Shown: positions 20,017-29,194 of the stretch, one piece after another
Layout of the letters: each line of letters opens with the position of its first letter
How positions within the stretch are numbered: position 1 is the stretch's first letter
Assembly: GCA_965226495.1 (NCBI GenBank)
Contig: OZ245365.1
Location: 352,001 to 416,000 of the forward strand
Direction of reading: 5' to 3'
Source: Candidatus Marinacidobacterales bacterium
GTDB taxonomy: Bacteria; Acidobacteriota; Vicinamibacteria; Marinacidobacterales; DATDRI01
Length of the DNA stretch: 64,000 bases
The notes under the pieces: generated by a model
What the model saw: only the letters and a program-made list of their open reading frames with translations
Database searches by the model: none
What the model was told of the DNA's origin: nothing
Translations under genes and position numbers: made by a program

Positions 20017-21036
20017 TCACGTGATTTCGGCCATGGTTCGCAGGGTGGCGGGGTCACTGGTGGAGCAGATCAAAGATGTCACACCGGCCTCCTCCCAAGC
20101 CGACACCCTTTCCGCCAAACGGGAACGGGGTCCGCAGAGGGTCACCTCGTCGACGAGCTCATTGGGGACGGCGGCGATGGCCTCCGCCTTCCTTCCGCTC
20201 AGATAGAGCTCCTGAATTTTGGTGACCGCTTCCTCATAACCATAGCGACACGCGAGATCGAAATAGAAGTTGCGTCCTTTGGCTCCCATTCCGCCGAAGT
20301 AGAGCGCCAATGTCGGCTTGTGAGAGTCCCAGCAACTGGCCAAGTCGTCGCCGAGAGTAATGGCTACCATAGGAGAGATATCGAAGGGTTTGTCGTTCCG
20401 ATCGGCTGACCGTTTGAGCCTTCCGGCGTCGAGATGCTCTTCGAAAACCTCTCGGTGAAACGGTGAGAAGAAAATCGGCAACCATCCGTCCGCCACCTCC
20501 GCCGCAAGCGCCGTATTTTGCGGACCGATCGCCGCAAGGTAGATCGGTATGTCGGCTCGGGTGGGTCGGAGCATCATCTTTAAGGCTTTGCCGAGACCGG
20601 TGCCACTGGGCAGTGGGATATTGTAGTGGCTGCCCTGGTGCTCCAGAGGAGCTTCGCGTTTCAAGATGCTGCGTACGATCTCGATGTACTCCCTCGTGCG
20701 AACGAGGGGTTTGCCGTATGGCACGCCGTGCCATCCCTCGACGACCTGGGGGCCGGACATCCCGAGTCCAAGCAAGAAACGGCCGCCGCTCAAACCGTCG
20801 AGCGTGGCGGCGGTCATCGCGGTCATTGCCGGTGTGCGTGCCGGCATCTGAAGAATTGCGGATCCCAACGCGATGCGCTCGGTTCGCGCCCCCACCCACG
20901 CCAGGACGCTTACCGCGTCAGAGCCCCAGGCTTCTGCCGCCCACACCGAGTGATAACCGATGCGCTCCGCTTCCAGCGCAAGCGGGGCCGGATCGTGGAT
21001 CGATGTTTGGAATCCGAGGTTGAGACCGAGGCGCAT
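20017..21036 (-). CDS. LLM-class (probably F420-dependent) oxidoreductase
   Basis: [49 protein letters not shown]. Confidence 0.88.
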   Translation of the reverse strand: MRLGLNLGFQTSIHDPAPLALEAERIGYHSVWAAEAWGSDAVSVLAWVGARTERIALGSAILQMPARTPAMTAMTAATLDGLSGGRFLLGLGMSGPQVVEGWHGVPYGKPLVRTREYIEIVRSILKREAPLEHQGSHYNIPLPSGTGLGKALKMMLRPTRADIPIYLAAIGPQNTALAAEVADGWLPIFFSPFHREVFEEHLDAGRLKRSADRNDKPFDISPMVAITLGDDLASCWDSHKPTLALYFGGMGAKGRNFYFDLACRYGYEEAVTKIQELYLSGRKAEAIAAVPNELVDEVTLCGPRSRLAERVSAWEEAGVTSLICSTSDPATLRTMAEIT

Positions 21037-21039
21037 GGG

Positions 21040-21804
21040 TCAGCGCCTGCCGCTTTGAATGCGATCGCGAAGTGACCGACGTGGCCCCGAACCTTTGTGG
21101 AGGCTCGAAGGTCCTGCTGATTTTGTCAACTTTGTCGATTTTGTCGACGCCGTCTCGACTCCGATTCGCGGGCAGGCCTCTTCCACCACGCACGCGTCAC
21201 ACTTGGGCTTGCGCGCGATGCAAGTGGTGCGGCCGTGGAGAATCAGCCGATTGCCCACGTTGACCCAGTCCTTTTTTGGGAAGAGGCCTATGAGATCGTT
21301 CTCTACTTGGACGGGGTTCTTTCCCTTCGAAAACCCCATTCGATGGGAGAGCCGAAATACGTGCGTGTCGACAACGACGCCGGCTGCTTTCCCGAAACCG
21401 TTTCCCATCACGACGTTCGCTGTCTTTCGAGCCACGCCGGGGAGACTGAGTAGCTCGTCCATCGTCTCGGGCACCCGACCTCCGAAGTCGTCAGTGATCT
21501 TCTGGGAGGCTCCTTGGATCGATTTCGCCTTGTTGCGGTAGAAACCGGTGGAGCGGATGAGCTCTTCCAGCTCGCCCCGATCCGCATGGGCGAGATCGGA
21601 CGGCTCGGAAAAACGCGCGAACAAGGAGGGCGTTACTTTGTTGACCCGCTGATCCGTGCATTGGGCGGATAGAATGGTTGCGACCAACAGTTCAAACGGA
21701 GACCGGTGATCGAGGGCGGTTCCGGCGTGAGGGAATTCCTTGCCGAGCTTGCCGAGGACCTTACCGGCGCGCTTCCTTCGCTCTTCTTTGGATTCGCGGG
21801 GCAA
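21040..21804 (-). CDS. nth: Endonuclease III
   Basis: ATILSAQCTD, LPGVARKTANVV, VDTHV, C-x6-C-x2-C-x5-C 4Fe-4S motif. Confidence 0.95.
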   Translation of the reverse strand: MPRESKEERRKRAGKVLGKLGKEFPHAGTALDHRSPFELLVATILSAQCTDQRVNKVTPSLFARFSEPSDLAHADRGELEELIRSTGFYRNKAKSIQGASQKITDDFGGRVPETMDELLSLPGVARKTANVVMGNGFGKAAGVVVDTHVFRLSHRMGFSKGKNPVQVENDLIGLFPKKDWVNVGNRLILHGRTTCIARKPKCDACVVEEACPRIGVETASTKSTKLTKSAGPSSLHKGSGPRRSLRDRIQSGRR

Positions 21805-21818
21805 CTTCGGGTCTTTCG

Positions 21819-21858
21819 TGTCAGGCTGTCAGGCTGTCAGGCTGTCAGGCTGTTGGGC
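21819..21858. repeat. Octamer tandem repeat (TGTCAGGC)x4 plus one degenerate unit
   Basis: Read directly from the sequence, between the Rieske gene and nth. Confidence 0.9.
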
Positions 21859-21891
21859 GGTCCGAGCTGGCGGAGGTAGTACGGCCCGGCC

Positions 21892-22200
21892 TCAGCCTAA
21901 CTCGACCATCACGTCGTCCCCTTCGACCTTGACTGGATAGCAAGCGACGCCCATGGCGGGGTTGATGGTGCTCTTTCCCGTCGTGACGTCCCATTGCCAG
22001 GCGTGCCAAGGACAAGTGAGGGTCGTGGCCTCCATAGAGCCTTCTCCAAGCGGTCCTCCCTGATGGAGACAGCCGTTGTCGATTGCGTAAAAGGTACCGT
22101 TCACGTTGCACAGCGCGATGGGTTTACCGTCGGCATCGGCGACCTTGCATTGGCCAGGAGCCAGATCTCCGGTCGAGGCTACTTTGACGAATTCGGCCAT
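21892..22200 (-). CDS. Rieske 2Fe-2S ferredoxin
   Basis: CLHQGGPL and CPWH Rieske motifs. Confidence 0.93.
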   Translation of the reverse strand: MAEFVKVASTGDLAPGQCKVADADGKPIALCNVNGTFYAIDNGCLHQGGPLGEGSMEATTLTCPWHAWQWDVTTGKSTINPAMGVACYPVKVEGDDVMVELG

Positions 22201-22287
22201 TCTTCTCTCCCTCCCTTACGTGTAGACATATCGTTGATGGGGTGCATCTTAGGCAAATGCATGTGAGGAGATCAATAGGCCAGTGCC

Positions 22288-22431
22288 TAGCAGGCTGCTG
22301 AAAAATGCACCTGCAGCCTGCTGCGAGCGGAGCGAGCCCGGCCCGAATGGGCCGCCAAAGGGTGCCCGAGCGAAGAGCGAGGCGCCGGGCGTGCGAACGA
22401 GGAGTGAGCGCGCACTGATGCACACTAATGA
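22288..22431 (+). repeat. Modular structured intergenic repeat, copy B
   Basis: Shares the TAGCAGGnTGCTGAnAAA start, the GGAGCGAGCCCGGCCCGnATGGGCCG module and the GCGAACGAGGAGTGAGCGCGCACTGATGCA end with copy A. Confidence 0.85.
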
Positions 22432-22438
22432 ACGGGAC

Positions 22439-23797
22439 CTACTTGGTCGCGATCGCCGCATAGTCCTGATCTCCGAAGAGAAAGGCGTTGAGCTTGCGGA
22501 AGTTGTCATTCAACGTGCGCGCGTCGGCATCTCCAGGAGAAACGCTGAGAAGCTTGGTGCGCTCGCTGACCGGGCTCCGGTATTCGATCATCACGTCGCT
22601 GAATCCGCAGGATTGCAAGAGAAAATCCAAAGTCTCCGGGTGCAATGGCTTCTGGTGGGTTAGGTCGCGGTAGAAAGACTCGATGAGGGCCAACACACTC
22701 TTCGTATTAACCGTCTCGAGCACGATTCTTCCACCCTTGCGCAGGGCTCGATGGGCTGCGGCCAGGGTTTCCCTGAGCATCGCCGGTGGTAAGTGCTCGA
22801 TGACTTGAGCCGCGAAGATGCCACCTAGGGAATCCTCTTCGACACTCTTCAAGAAGGTGAAGAGATCGTGCTCCTCCACTGCCAGGCCCCGTTCCCGACA
22901 GGCACTGACCATTTCAGTATTATCGTCCACGCCGCGCGCGTCGAGCCCGGCGTCACGAAGCAGCTCCAAGAACTCGCCTCGGCCGCAACCGAGCTCTACG
23001 ATGGGCTCCTTACCGTTGAAGTGGCCTACGTACCCGGCGAGTCGATCACGAATCTCCGCCGATTCCCCTCGGAAACGATGCTCGAAGGCTACGTACTCGC
23101 GCGCTTCGAAAGGATCCGCGGGTCTGGCACGCTCAACGGCGGCCGGGGGCTGTCCGCGTGTCTCGGCGGTCGGCTCCACGGAACGTCTGAGAGACTCAAC
23201 TTCCGTTCGCGCCAAGTCGACGCCAGACATCATCGACTCCAATTTCGACTGAGCTCTCTTGAGACCGAGAGTGATGGTTTCGACGCGTTTGTCCATCGCC
23301 TCCAGCAGAAGATCGTTTCGCGTGTTCCCTAGGTGTGCGTAGAGTCGATCCTTGGCGTCGGCAAGCCGGTCTACCCTTTGCGCATAGCGAACGAGTGCCG
23401 AAGAAAACTCACGTAGTCGAAGCGTGTGTTGGTGTGCTGCGTCCATGTAGCGGTTGAGAAATTGCACGGCGAAGGAGTTGAATGCTTGTTGACGCGCGAG
23501 TGCTTCTTGGAGCGGCGCCAGCTCGGGTTCGATGAGTTTTCGGACGGTTCGACGCAGAAGTCCCTTGAGCCCTCTGGGAATGGTTGAGTCGCTAGAGCGA
23601 TCGCCCGCACCGACCTCCCCGATCTCCCAAGTCTCGTTTAGCTTGCTAAGCTGTGTGGGAATCTCGGGGTCCAAGTCGTACGGTAGTTGGGCCTCCGCGA
23701 GCTCGTCGAGCAGCGCGAGGAGCTCGGCGTAGGTCCGCTCTTCCTCGGAAAGCTTCTGCTTTAGCTCGCTAAGGCCAGGATCTTCTATCGAGGGCAT
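22439..23797 (-). CDS. Class I SAM-dependent methyltransferase with a long N-terminal coiled coil (glycan chain-terminator-like)
   Basis: FEHRFRG, ELGCGRGEFL, QVIEHL, DLTHQKPLHP, FLFGDQDYA. Confidence 0.85.
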   Translation of the reverse strand: MPSIEDPGLSELKQKLSEEERTYAELLALLDELAEAQLPYDLDPEIPTQLSKLNETWEIGEVGAGDRSSDSTIPRGLKGLLRRTVRKLIEPELAPLQEALARQQAFNSFAVQFLNRYMDAAHQHTLRLREFSSALVRYAQRVDRLADAKDRLYAHLGNTRNDLLLEAMDKRVETITLGLKRAQSKLESMMSGVDLARTEVESLRRSVEPTAETRGQPPAAVERARPADPFEAREYVAFEHRFRGESAEIRDRLAGYVGHFNGKEPIVELGCGRGEFLELLRDAGLDARGVDDNTEMVSACRERGLAVEEHDLFTFLKSVEEDSLGGIFAAQVIEHLPPAMLRETLAAAHRALRKGGRIVLETVNTKSVLALIESFYRDLTHQKPLHPETLDFLLQSCGFSDVMIEYRSPVSERTKLLSVSPGDADARTLNDNFRKLNAFLFGDQDYAAIATK

Positions 23798-23977
23798 TCA
23801 GGGGCGTTTTATAAGGGTGAAGCGCCTAGTGTATTGAACCGGGGCGATCAGGAGGGCAAGGAATTTAGAATAGCTTGAGTTCCGGTGTTCACGAGTGCCA
23901 CGTCGAGACCTAACCACCCTCCATCCACGAAATGAATTGCTTCCAATTTATCTCCGTCCGATGCGGAGAAGCGTTCC

Positions 23978-24322
23978 TCATTCGTCCTCTTTTTTCTCCA
24001 CCAGGTAATTCAGAATCACTTGATCTAGGCTCTGGTCCGACAAGACCGTATCATCTCCCAGAATGTCGGCCGACTCGTCAAACCGGCCTTGCCGGATCTC
24101 TTGGATCATCGTCTGGTGCTGGTCTTCCATGAGCTTGACGACGGCCTTCTCGTCGTAGCCGCTTTTCATCATCTCCGAGTACGGAATCCTACGGCTGCCG
24201 AGGATCTCGCCACCTTTGTATATAAGAGACTCGATGACGGGATTCTCGAGGCCTTTGTCCTCCGTTTGGACATGGAAGACCACACCTTTGTAGTCCACGT
24301 CGGTATTGAAGCCAGTGATCAT
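23978..24322 (-). CDS. Conserved hypothetical protein
   Basis: MITGFNTDV..GVVFHVQTEDKG..NP..ESLIY.GG.IL and SLDQVILNYL, a pattern I recall from acidobacterial/myxobacterial hypothetical proteins. Confidence 0.8.
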   Translation of the reverse strand: MITGFNTDVDYKGVVFHVQTEDKGLENPVIESLIYKGGEILGSRRIPYSEMMKSGYDEKAVVKLMEDQHQTMIQEIRQGRFDESADILGDDTVLSDQSLDQVILNYLVEKKEDE

Positions 24323-24440
24323 GGCATACGAATGTAGTCGAATCGACCGAGAGAGCGCACTCTGTGGTGAAAAGACACGAGTCCCCACCAAACCAGCACA
24401 CAACCTATTAGGATACTGGGCTAAATGAAGCCCCTTCATC

Positions 24441-24514
24441 ATTTTGCAACCGGTCCCCGATGGTGTCAAGTACGCTGTCATGCCTTGACACTCTGAGAAC
24501 CCGTGGTCTATATT
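24441..24514. promoter_or_regulatory. Back-to-back divergent sigma70 promoters (nuoE operon / hypothetical gene)
   Basis: + strand TTGACA 24485-24490, N18, TATATT; - strand TTGACA 24469-24464, N17, CAAAAT. Confidence 0.5.
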
Positions 24515-24549
24515 AGCCCGTTTTCCACTGACTTGGCACATACTTAGGG

Positions 24550-24626
24550 GTCCGCCTTCGCTGAAGCTTCGGCGGGACCTCGCCGAAGCTGGCTACGTTG
24601 GATTGCGGGTGGCCAGCGAAGGCGGG
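24550..24626. repeat. REP-like palindromic element (GTCCGCCTTCGCTGAAGCTTCGGCGGGA family)
   Basis: 28 bp identical to 51034-51061; 12-bp inverted partner at 24614-24625. Confidence 0.85.
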
Positions 24627-24720
24627 AGCGCGCATTGACGCACTAGAGTGCGGAACCGCCACCCCCGTCACACGGGAAAATGCCCGGCGGGGCGGAAGAG
24701 AAGGGACCCACAGGAAGAAC

Positions 24721-25194
24721 ATGACCTTCACTCCCGGGAATCAAGCCCGGTTCGAGAAGATTCTCGACCACTATCCCGCCGAGCATCGGCGCGCTGCACT
24801 GTTGCCCGCGCTTTGGTTGGTTCAGGAACAGGAGGGTTACCTGAGCCCCTCGGCGATGGAACACGTCGCCGATCTCTTGGAGATTTCTCCCGTCCACGTG
24901 CTGGAGACCGCTAGCTACTACGACATGTTCCGGCTCCAACCACCTGGACGCCACGACCTTCGTTTGTGCACCAACCTTTCCTGCTCGCTGCTGGGCGCAC
25001 CTCGGATCCTCGATTGGCTTCGAGAACGATTGGGTATCGAACCAGGGGAGACGACGGCGGACAGGCAGTGGTCGCTCACACCCGTGCAGTGCCTCGGTGC
25101 GTGCGAAAGGGCGCCGATGATGCAGCTCAACGATCGCGTCGAAGGTCACCTCAGCGAAGAGAAGCTGATGGTTATTCTCTCCGAGCTCTCATGA
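24721..25194 (+). CDS. nuoE: NADH-quinone oxidoreductase subunit E
   Basis: ALLPAL..VQEQEGY, CTNLSC, CLGACERAPMM. Confidence 0.93.
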   Translation: MTFTPGNQARFEKILDHYPAEHRRAALLPALWLVQEQEGYLSPSAMEHVADLLEISPVHVLETASYYDMFRLQPPGRHDLRLCTNLSCSLLGAPRILDWLRERLGIEPGETTADRQWSLTPVQCLGACERAPMMQLNDRVEGHLSEEKLMVILSELS

Positions 25195-26471
25195 CTTCGT
25201 CGTTCGAGCCTGTCCTGACCCGCAACGCCGGAATTCCGGATTCTCAGAACATCGATGTCTATCTCTCGCGCGGAGGCTATCAGGCGCTCCGCCGCGCTTT
25301 GTCTCAGCTCAGCCCCAGCGAGCTCATCGAATGGGTCGAGCGTTCCGAGCTGAGGGGCCGAGGTGGCGCCGGTTTTCCGACCGGCGCGAAGTGGAAATTC
25401 CTACCCAAAGATGTTCGGCCCCACTACATGATCTGTAACGCCGACGAAAGTGAGCCCGGCACCTTCAAGGACCGCTACCTGATGGAGAACGATCCGCACC
25501 TGGTCATCGAAGGCTGCCTCCTCGCTGCCTACGCGATCGAGGCGCGGGTCTGCTACATCTATATACGTGGGGAGTTTCGAGAGCAGGAACAGATTCTGGA
25601 ACGGGCTTTGTCCGAGGCCCGAGATCGCGGTTTCGTTGGCAAGGACATCGAGCGTTCCGGATTCGACTGCGAGTTATATATTCACCGCGGCGCTGGCTCG
25701 TACGAGTGCGGTGAGGAAACCGCTCTGTTGGAGTCGCTGGAGGGCAAGCGGGGTCTTCCCAGAGTCAAGCCGCCATACCCGGCGAGCGTCGGGCTCTTTG
25801 GTTGTCCGACCGCCATCAACAACGTCGAAACCCTGGCGAACTTGCCCCACATCGTGACACGCGGGGCCGATTGGTTTCGTTCCATCGGCAGCAAGAAGAA
25901 TACTGGCCCCAAGCTTTATTGCCTGAGCGGACACGTGCGGCGCCCTGGCGTTTACGAGCTACCTCTCGGCGTGCCGATGCGAGAGCTCATCTTCGAGCAT
26001 GGCGGGGGGATTCGGGAAGGCCATCGTCTCAAGGCGGTGGTCCCTGGGGGTCCTTCGGTTCCGGTGCTGACCGAGAAGCATTTGGACACCCGAATGGACT
26101 TCGACTCCTTGGTTGCGGCCGGTTCCATGTTGGGGTCGGCGGGAGTGATCGTTATGGACGAGACGACCTGCATGGTTTGGACTGCCGGGAGGCTCATGGA
26201 GTTCTATCGGCACGAGTCGTGCGGCAAGTGCACGCCCTGCCGTGAAGGGACGGATTGGTTGGCGAGGATCTTGGGTCGCATGGAAAAGGGTCAAGGCCGG
26301 CCGGAAGACATCGCGCTTCTCTCGGATGTTTCCGATAACATCGCCGGCAAGACGCTTTGTCCGTTCGGCGATGCTGCGGTCGCTCCCGTTCTCAGCACCC
26401 TCGTCCACTTCCGCGAAGAATACGAGCTGCACGTGCGGCACCAGGGCTGCCCTGTCTCTGCGGTTCATTGA
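25191..26471 (+). CDS. nuoF: NADH-quinone oxidoreductase subunit F
   Basis: LRGRGGAGFPTG, NADESEPGTFKDR, GAGSYECGEETAL, ESCGKCTPCREG. Confidence 0.97.
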   Translation: MTSSFEPVLTRNAGIPDSQNIDVYLSRGGYQALRRALSQLSPSELIEWVERSELRGRGGAGFPTGAKWKFLPKDVRPHYMICNADESEPGTFKDRYLMENDPHLVIEGCLLAAYAIEARVCYIYIRGEFREQEQILERALSEARDRGFVGKDIERSGFDCELYIHRGAGSYECGEETALLESLEGKRGLPRVKPPYPASVGLFGCPTAINNVETLANLPHIVTRGADWFRSIGSKKNTGPKLYCLSGHVRRPGVYELPLGVPMRELIFEHGGGIREGHRLKAVVPGGPSVPVLTEKHLDTRMDFDSLVAAGSMLGSAGVIVMDETTCMVWTAGRLMEFYRHESCGKCTPCREGTDWLARILGRMEKGQGRPEDIALLSDVSDNIAGKTLCPFGDAAVAPVLSTLVHFREEYELHVRHQGCPVSAVH

Positions 26472-26482
26472 GGTCTTTGCTT

Positions 26483-26977
26483 TTGGAAAGCGCCATCTTT
26501 TACTTTTTCTCCACGGTCTCCGTTGTGGCAGCTTTCGTGGTCGCGGCAAGCCGCCGTCCCGCCTATGGCGCGCTGGCGCTTATCGTTTGCCTTCTTGGTG
26601 TTGCCGGACTGTACGCCCAGCTAGGAGCCACTTTTGTGGCTGCGGTCCAGATCATCGTTTACGCGGGAGCGGTGTTGATCGTGTTCTTACTGGTGATCAT
26701 GTTGCTCGATCTCGGCGGCGATACGCCCTTCAGAGATCGTCCTCGACGGCTCGGCTGGGCGGCATTGCCGGTGGGGCTGGTCCTGTTCGCGGTCTTGGGG
26801 ACGGTCGTTGCTCGGACTTCACCCCCCGTCTCGAATGAAGCAACCGACGAGGCAATGAGGGGGACCGCGGCTCGCTTGGGTGAGTTTCTTCTCACCGACT
26901 ACTTGGCGCCCTTCGAAGCGACTGGCATCCTTATTCTTGTGTCTCTGGTGGGTGCGACTTGGCTGGTGAGGCGCTGA
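26483..26977 (+). CDS. nuoJ: NADH-quinone oxidoreductase subunit J
   Basis: FVAAVQIIVYAGAVLIVFL, PFE; TTG start inferred. Confidence 0.9.
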   Translation: MESAIFYFFSTVSVVAAFVVAASRRPAYGALALIVCLLGVAGLYAQLGATFVAAVQIIVYAGAVLIVFLLVIMLLDLGGDTPFRDRPRRLGWAALPVGLVLFAVLGTVVARTSPPVSNEATDEAMRGTAARLGEFLLTDYLAPFEATGILILVSLVGATWLVRR

Positions 26978-27279
26978 TGGTTCCGGTCCAACATTACCTA
27001 ATTGTCTCCGCACTCCTGTTCGCAATCGGCGCGACCGGACTTTTCTTCCACCGCAACCTAGTCAGCATTTTCCTCTGCATCGAGCTCATGTTGAACGCGG
27101 TCAACCTCACTTTCGTGGCGTACTCCCGATTGGCCGGCAACCTGGAAGGCCAGGCAATTGCGCTCATCGTCATCGCGGTAGCCGCGGCCGAAGCCGCAGT
27201 CGGTCTGGCCATCCTCATCGCCTTGCATCGTCGACGGGAGACCATGAACGTCGACGATCACAACCTTCTGAGATATTGA
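26977..27279 (+). CDS. nuoK: NADH-quinone oxidoreductase subunit K
   Basis: IELMLNAVNL, VAAAEAAVGLA. Confidence 0.95.
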   Translation: MVPVQHYLIVSALLFAIGATGLFFHRNLVSIFLCIELMLNAVNLTFVAYSRLAGNLEGQAIALIVIAVAAAEAAVGLAILIALHRRRETMNVDDHNLLRY

Positions 27280-27292
27280 GGAGCAAATCCGA

Positions 27293-29194
27293 GTGGGAAC
27301 CGCCTCCCGCCTTCTTCCTCTGATCCCCCTTATCCCGGCTCTTTCGGCCCTCGTGTTGGCAGTCGCCGGGCGCCGGCTTGGCCGTTCCTCGTCGGGAAGA
27401 CTCGCTTGTGGGGCGGTGGGGGTCTCGTTTGCGCTAGCGGTGATCGGATTCGCCAGCATGCTCGGCATGGCCGAAGGTGAGCGTTCGGTTACCGTGGAGA
27501 TCTTCGATTGGATAGCGGCGGGCTCTTTCACCGCGAAGGCCGCCCTGGTGTTCGATCCTCTGTCAGGCATCATCTCCATGGTCGTGACCGGGGTCGGGTT
27601 GCTGATTCACGTCTACTCAGTTGGGTATATGAGCGAGGATAAGGATTTCTCTCGCTTCTTCGCCTACCTCAACCTTTTCACGGCAAGCATGCTGTTGCTG
27701 GTGCTGGCTGAGAATCTGCTCTTGATGTTCGTGGGCTGGGAGGGCGTAGGGCTTTGCTCCTATCTACTCATCGGCTTTTGGTTCGAGAAGAAGGCGGCGG
27801 TGAATGCTGGCACGAAGGCATTCATTGTGAACCGCATCGGTGACGTCGGCTTTCTTCTGGGCATCCTAATGACTTTCTTGGTGTTTGGAACCGTGAGTTT
27901 CGGGGAATTCCTTCCTTTGGCTCCGACTCAGGACACGGCTCTTCTGAGCGTCATCGGGATTCTCCTCTTCGTAGGGGCGATCGGAAAATCGGCGCAGATC
28001 CCACTTTACGTATGGCTACCCGACGCCATGGAAGGTCCTACACCGGTTTCTGCCTATATTCACGCTGCCACCATGGTGACCGCGGGCGTTTATATGGTGG
28101 CGCGAACCGCGCCCTTATACGCGGAGGCCCCATTGGCCCTTGCTCTCGTCGGCGCCATCGGAGCCGTCACCGCTCTGTACGCGTCGACCATCGCGCTCGC
28201 TCAGGATGATTTTAAGCGTATTCTCGCTTACTCCACGATTTCCCAGCTCGGCTACATGTTCCTCGCTTGCGGAGTGGGAGCGTTCGGCGCGGCCATCTTC
28301 CATCTCGTAACGCATGCCTTCTTCAAGGCGTTGTTATTTCTCGTGGCGGGGAATGTCATGCACGCGATGGCGGGTGAGAGCGATATTCGTAAGATGGGAG
28401 GGCTCAAAGACAAGCTTCCCATCACATACCGTACCTTCGTGATCGCAACGCTGGCTCTGGTAGGGATACCGCCGCTGGCGGGTTTTTTCAGCAAAGACGC
28501 GGTGCTTTGGAGTGCATTCCGCGAGGGATACACGTTGTTGTGGGCGGTCGGTGTCGCCGGTGTTTTCTTGACCGCCTTCTACATGGGCCGTGTCTGGGCG
28601 TTGGTGTTCGAGGGCCGCTTTCGAGGCAGCGCGGAAGAGTCACGGCGCCTGCACGAGTCACCTCCGTCCATGATTTGGCCTCTGCGGCTGCTGGCGGCGG
28701 GGTCGGTAGTCATCGGGTTCATCGGCGTTCCTCACGCCAGTTGGATCGAGCGGTTCCTGGCTCCTTATCTTGCAGTGAAGACTGTGGAACCGAGCTCTCT
28801 TGCGGTGGAAGTCGGCTTGACGCTCTTGAACATCGCGGTCGCGATAGGCGGCCTGTTGCTGGCTCGACACTTCTATCTTGTCGACCGCGCTCTTCCCGAG
28901 CGGGTGGCGGCGGGCGTGGCTCCCTTGTATCGATTCATCAAAGGCAAGTTCTGGATCGACGAGCTCTACGATATCTTCCTCGTGCGTCCGTTCTTCTTCC
29001 TCTCGCGAGTGGTGCTCTGGCGATTGGTGGACAAGGCGATCGTGGACGGCTCCTTCAATGGAGCGGGTCGGGTCGTGCGACTGAGTAGTGAGGTCTTGAG
29101 GCTCTCACAAGTGGGCAACTTGCGGCTTTATCTCTTTATTCTTTTCGGCGGGGCGATGGCGCTCGTGGGTTGGATGGTACTGGGGAGCGCATGA
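27293..29194 (+). CDS. nuoL: NADH-quinone oxidoreductase subunit L
   Basis: GWEGVGLCSYLLIGFW, KSAQIPLYVWLPDAMEGPTPVSA, HAFFKALLFL. Confidence 0.97.
   Translation: MGTASRLLPLIPLIPALSALVLAVAGRRLGRSSSGRLACGAVGVSFALAVIGFASMLGMAEGERSVTVEIFDWIAAGSFTAKAALVFDPLSGIISMVVTGVGLLIHVYSVGYMSEDKDFSRFFAYLNLFTASMLLLVLAENLLLMFVGWEGVGLCSYLLIGFWFEKKAAVNAGTKAFIVNRIGDVGFLLGILMTFLVFGTVSFGEFLPLAPTQDTALLSVIGILLFVGAIGKSAQIPLYVWLPDAMEGPTPVSAYIHAATMVTAGVYMVARTAPLYAEAPLALALVGAIGAVTALYASTIALAQDDFKRILAYSTISQLGYMFLACGVGAFGAAIFHLVTHAFFKALLFLVAGNVMHAMAGESDIRKMGGLKDKLPITYRTFVIATLALVGIPPLAGFFSKDAVLWSAFREGYTLLWAVGVAGVFLTAFYMGRVWALVFEGRFRGSAEESRRLHESPPSMIWPLRLLAAGSVVIGFIGVPHASWIERFLAPYLAVKTVEPSSLAVEVGLTLLNIAVAIGGLLLARHFYLVDRALPERVAAGVAPLYRFIKGKFWIDELYDIFLVRPFFFLSRVVLWRLVDKAIVDGSFNGAGRVVRLSSEVLRLSQVGNLRLYLFILFGGAMALVGWMVLGSA

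Noticed and set aside
22288-22305. Complete IS or MITE with a TAGCAGGCTGCTGAAAAA terminal repeat
   Set aside because: No matching right-hand inverted end or transposase; kept only as a module of the repeat family
24598-25190. Long N-terminal extensions of NuoE and NuoF in the ORF track (likewise for ispE, rlmB, tuf and GT9)
   Set aside because: Artefacts of the longest-ORF start; homology begins at the downstream starts used here
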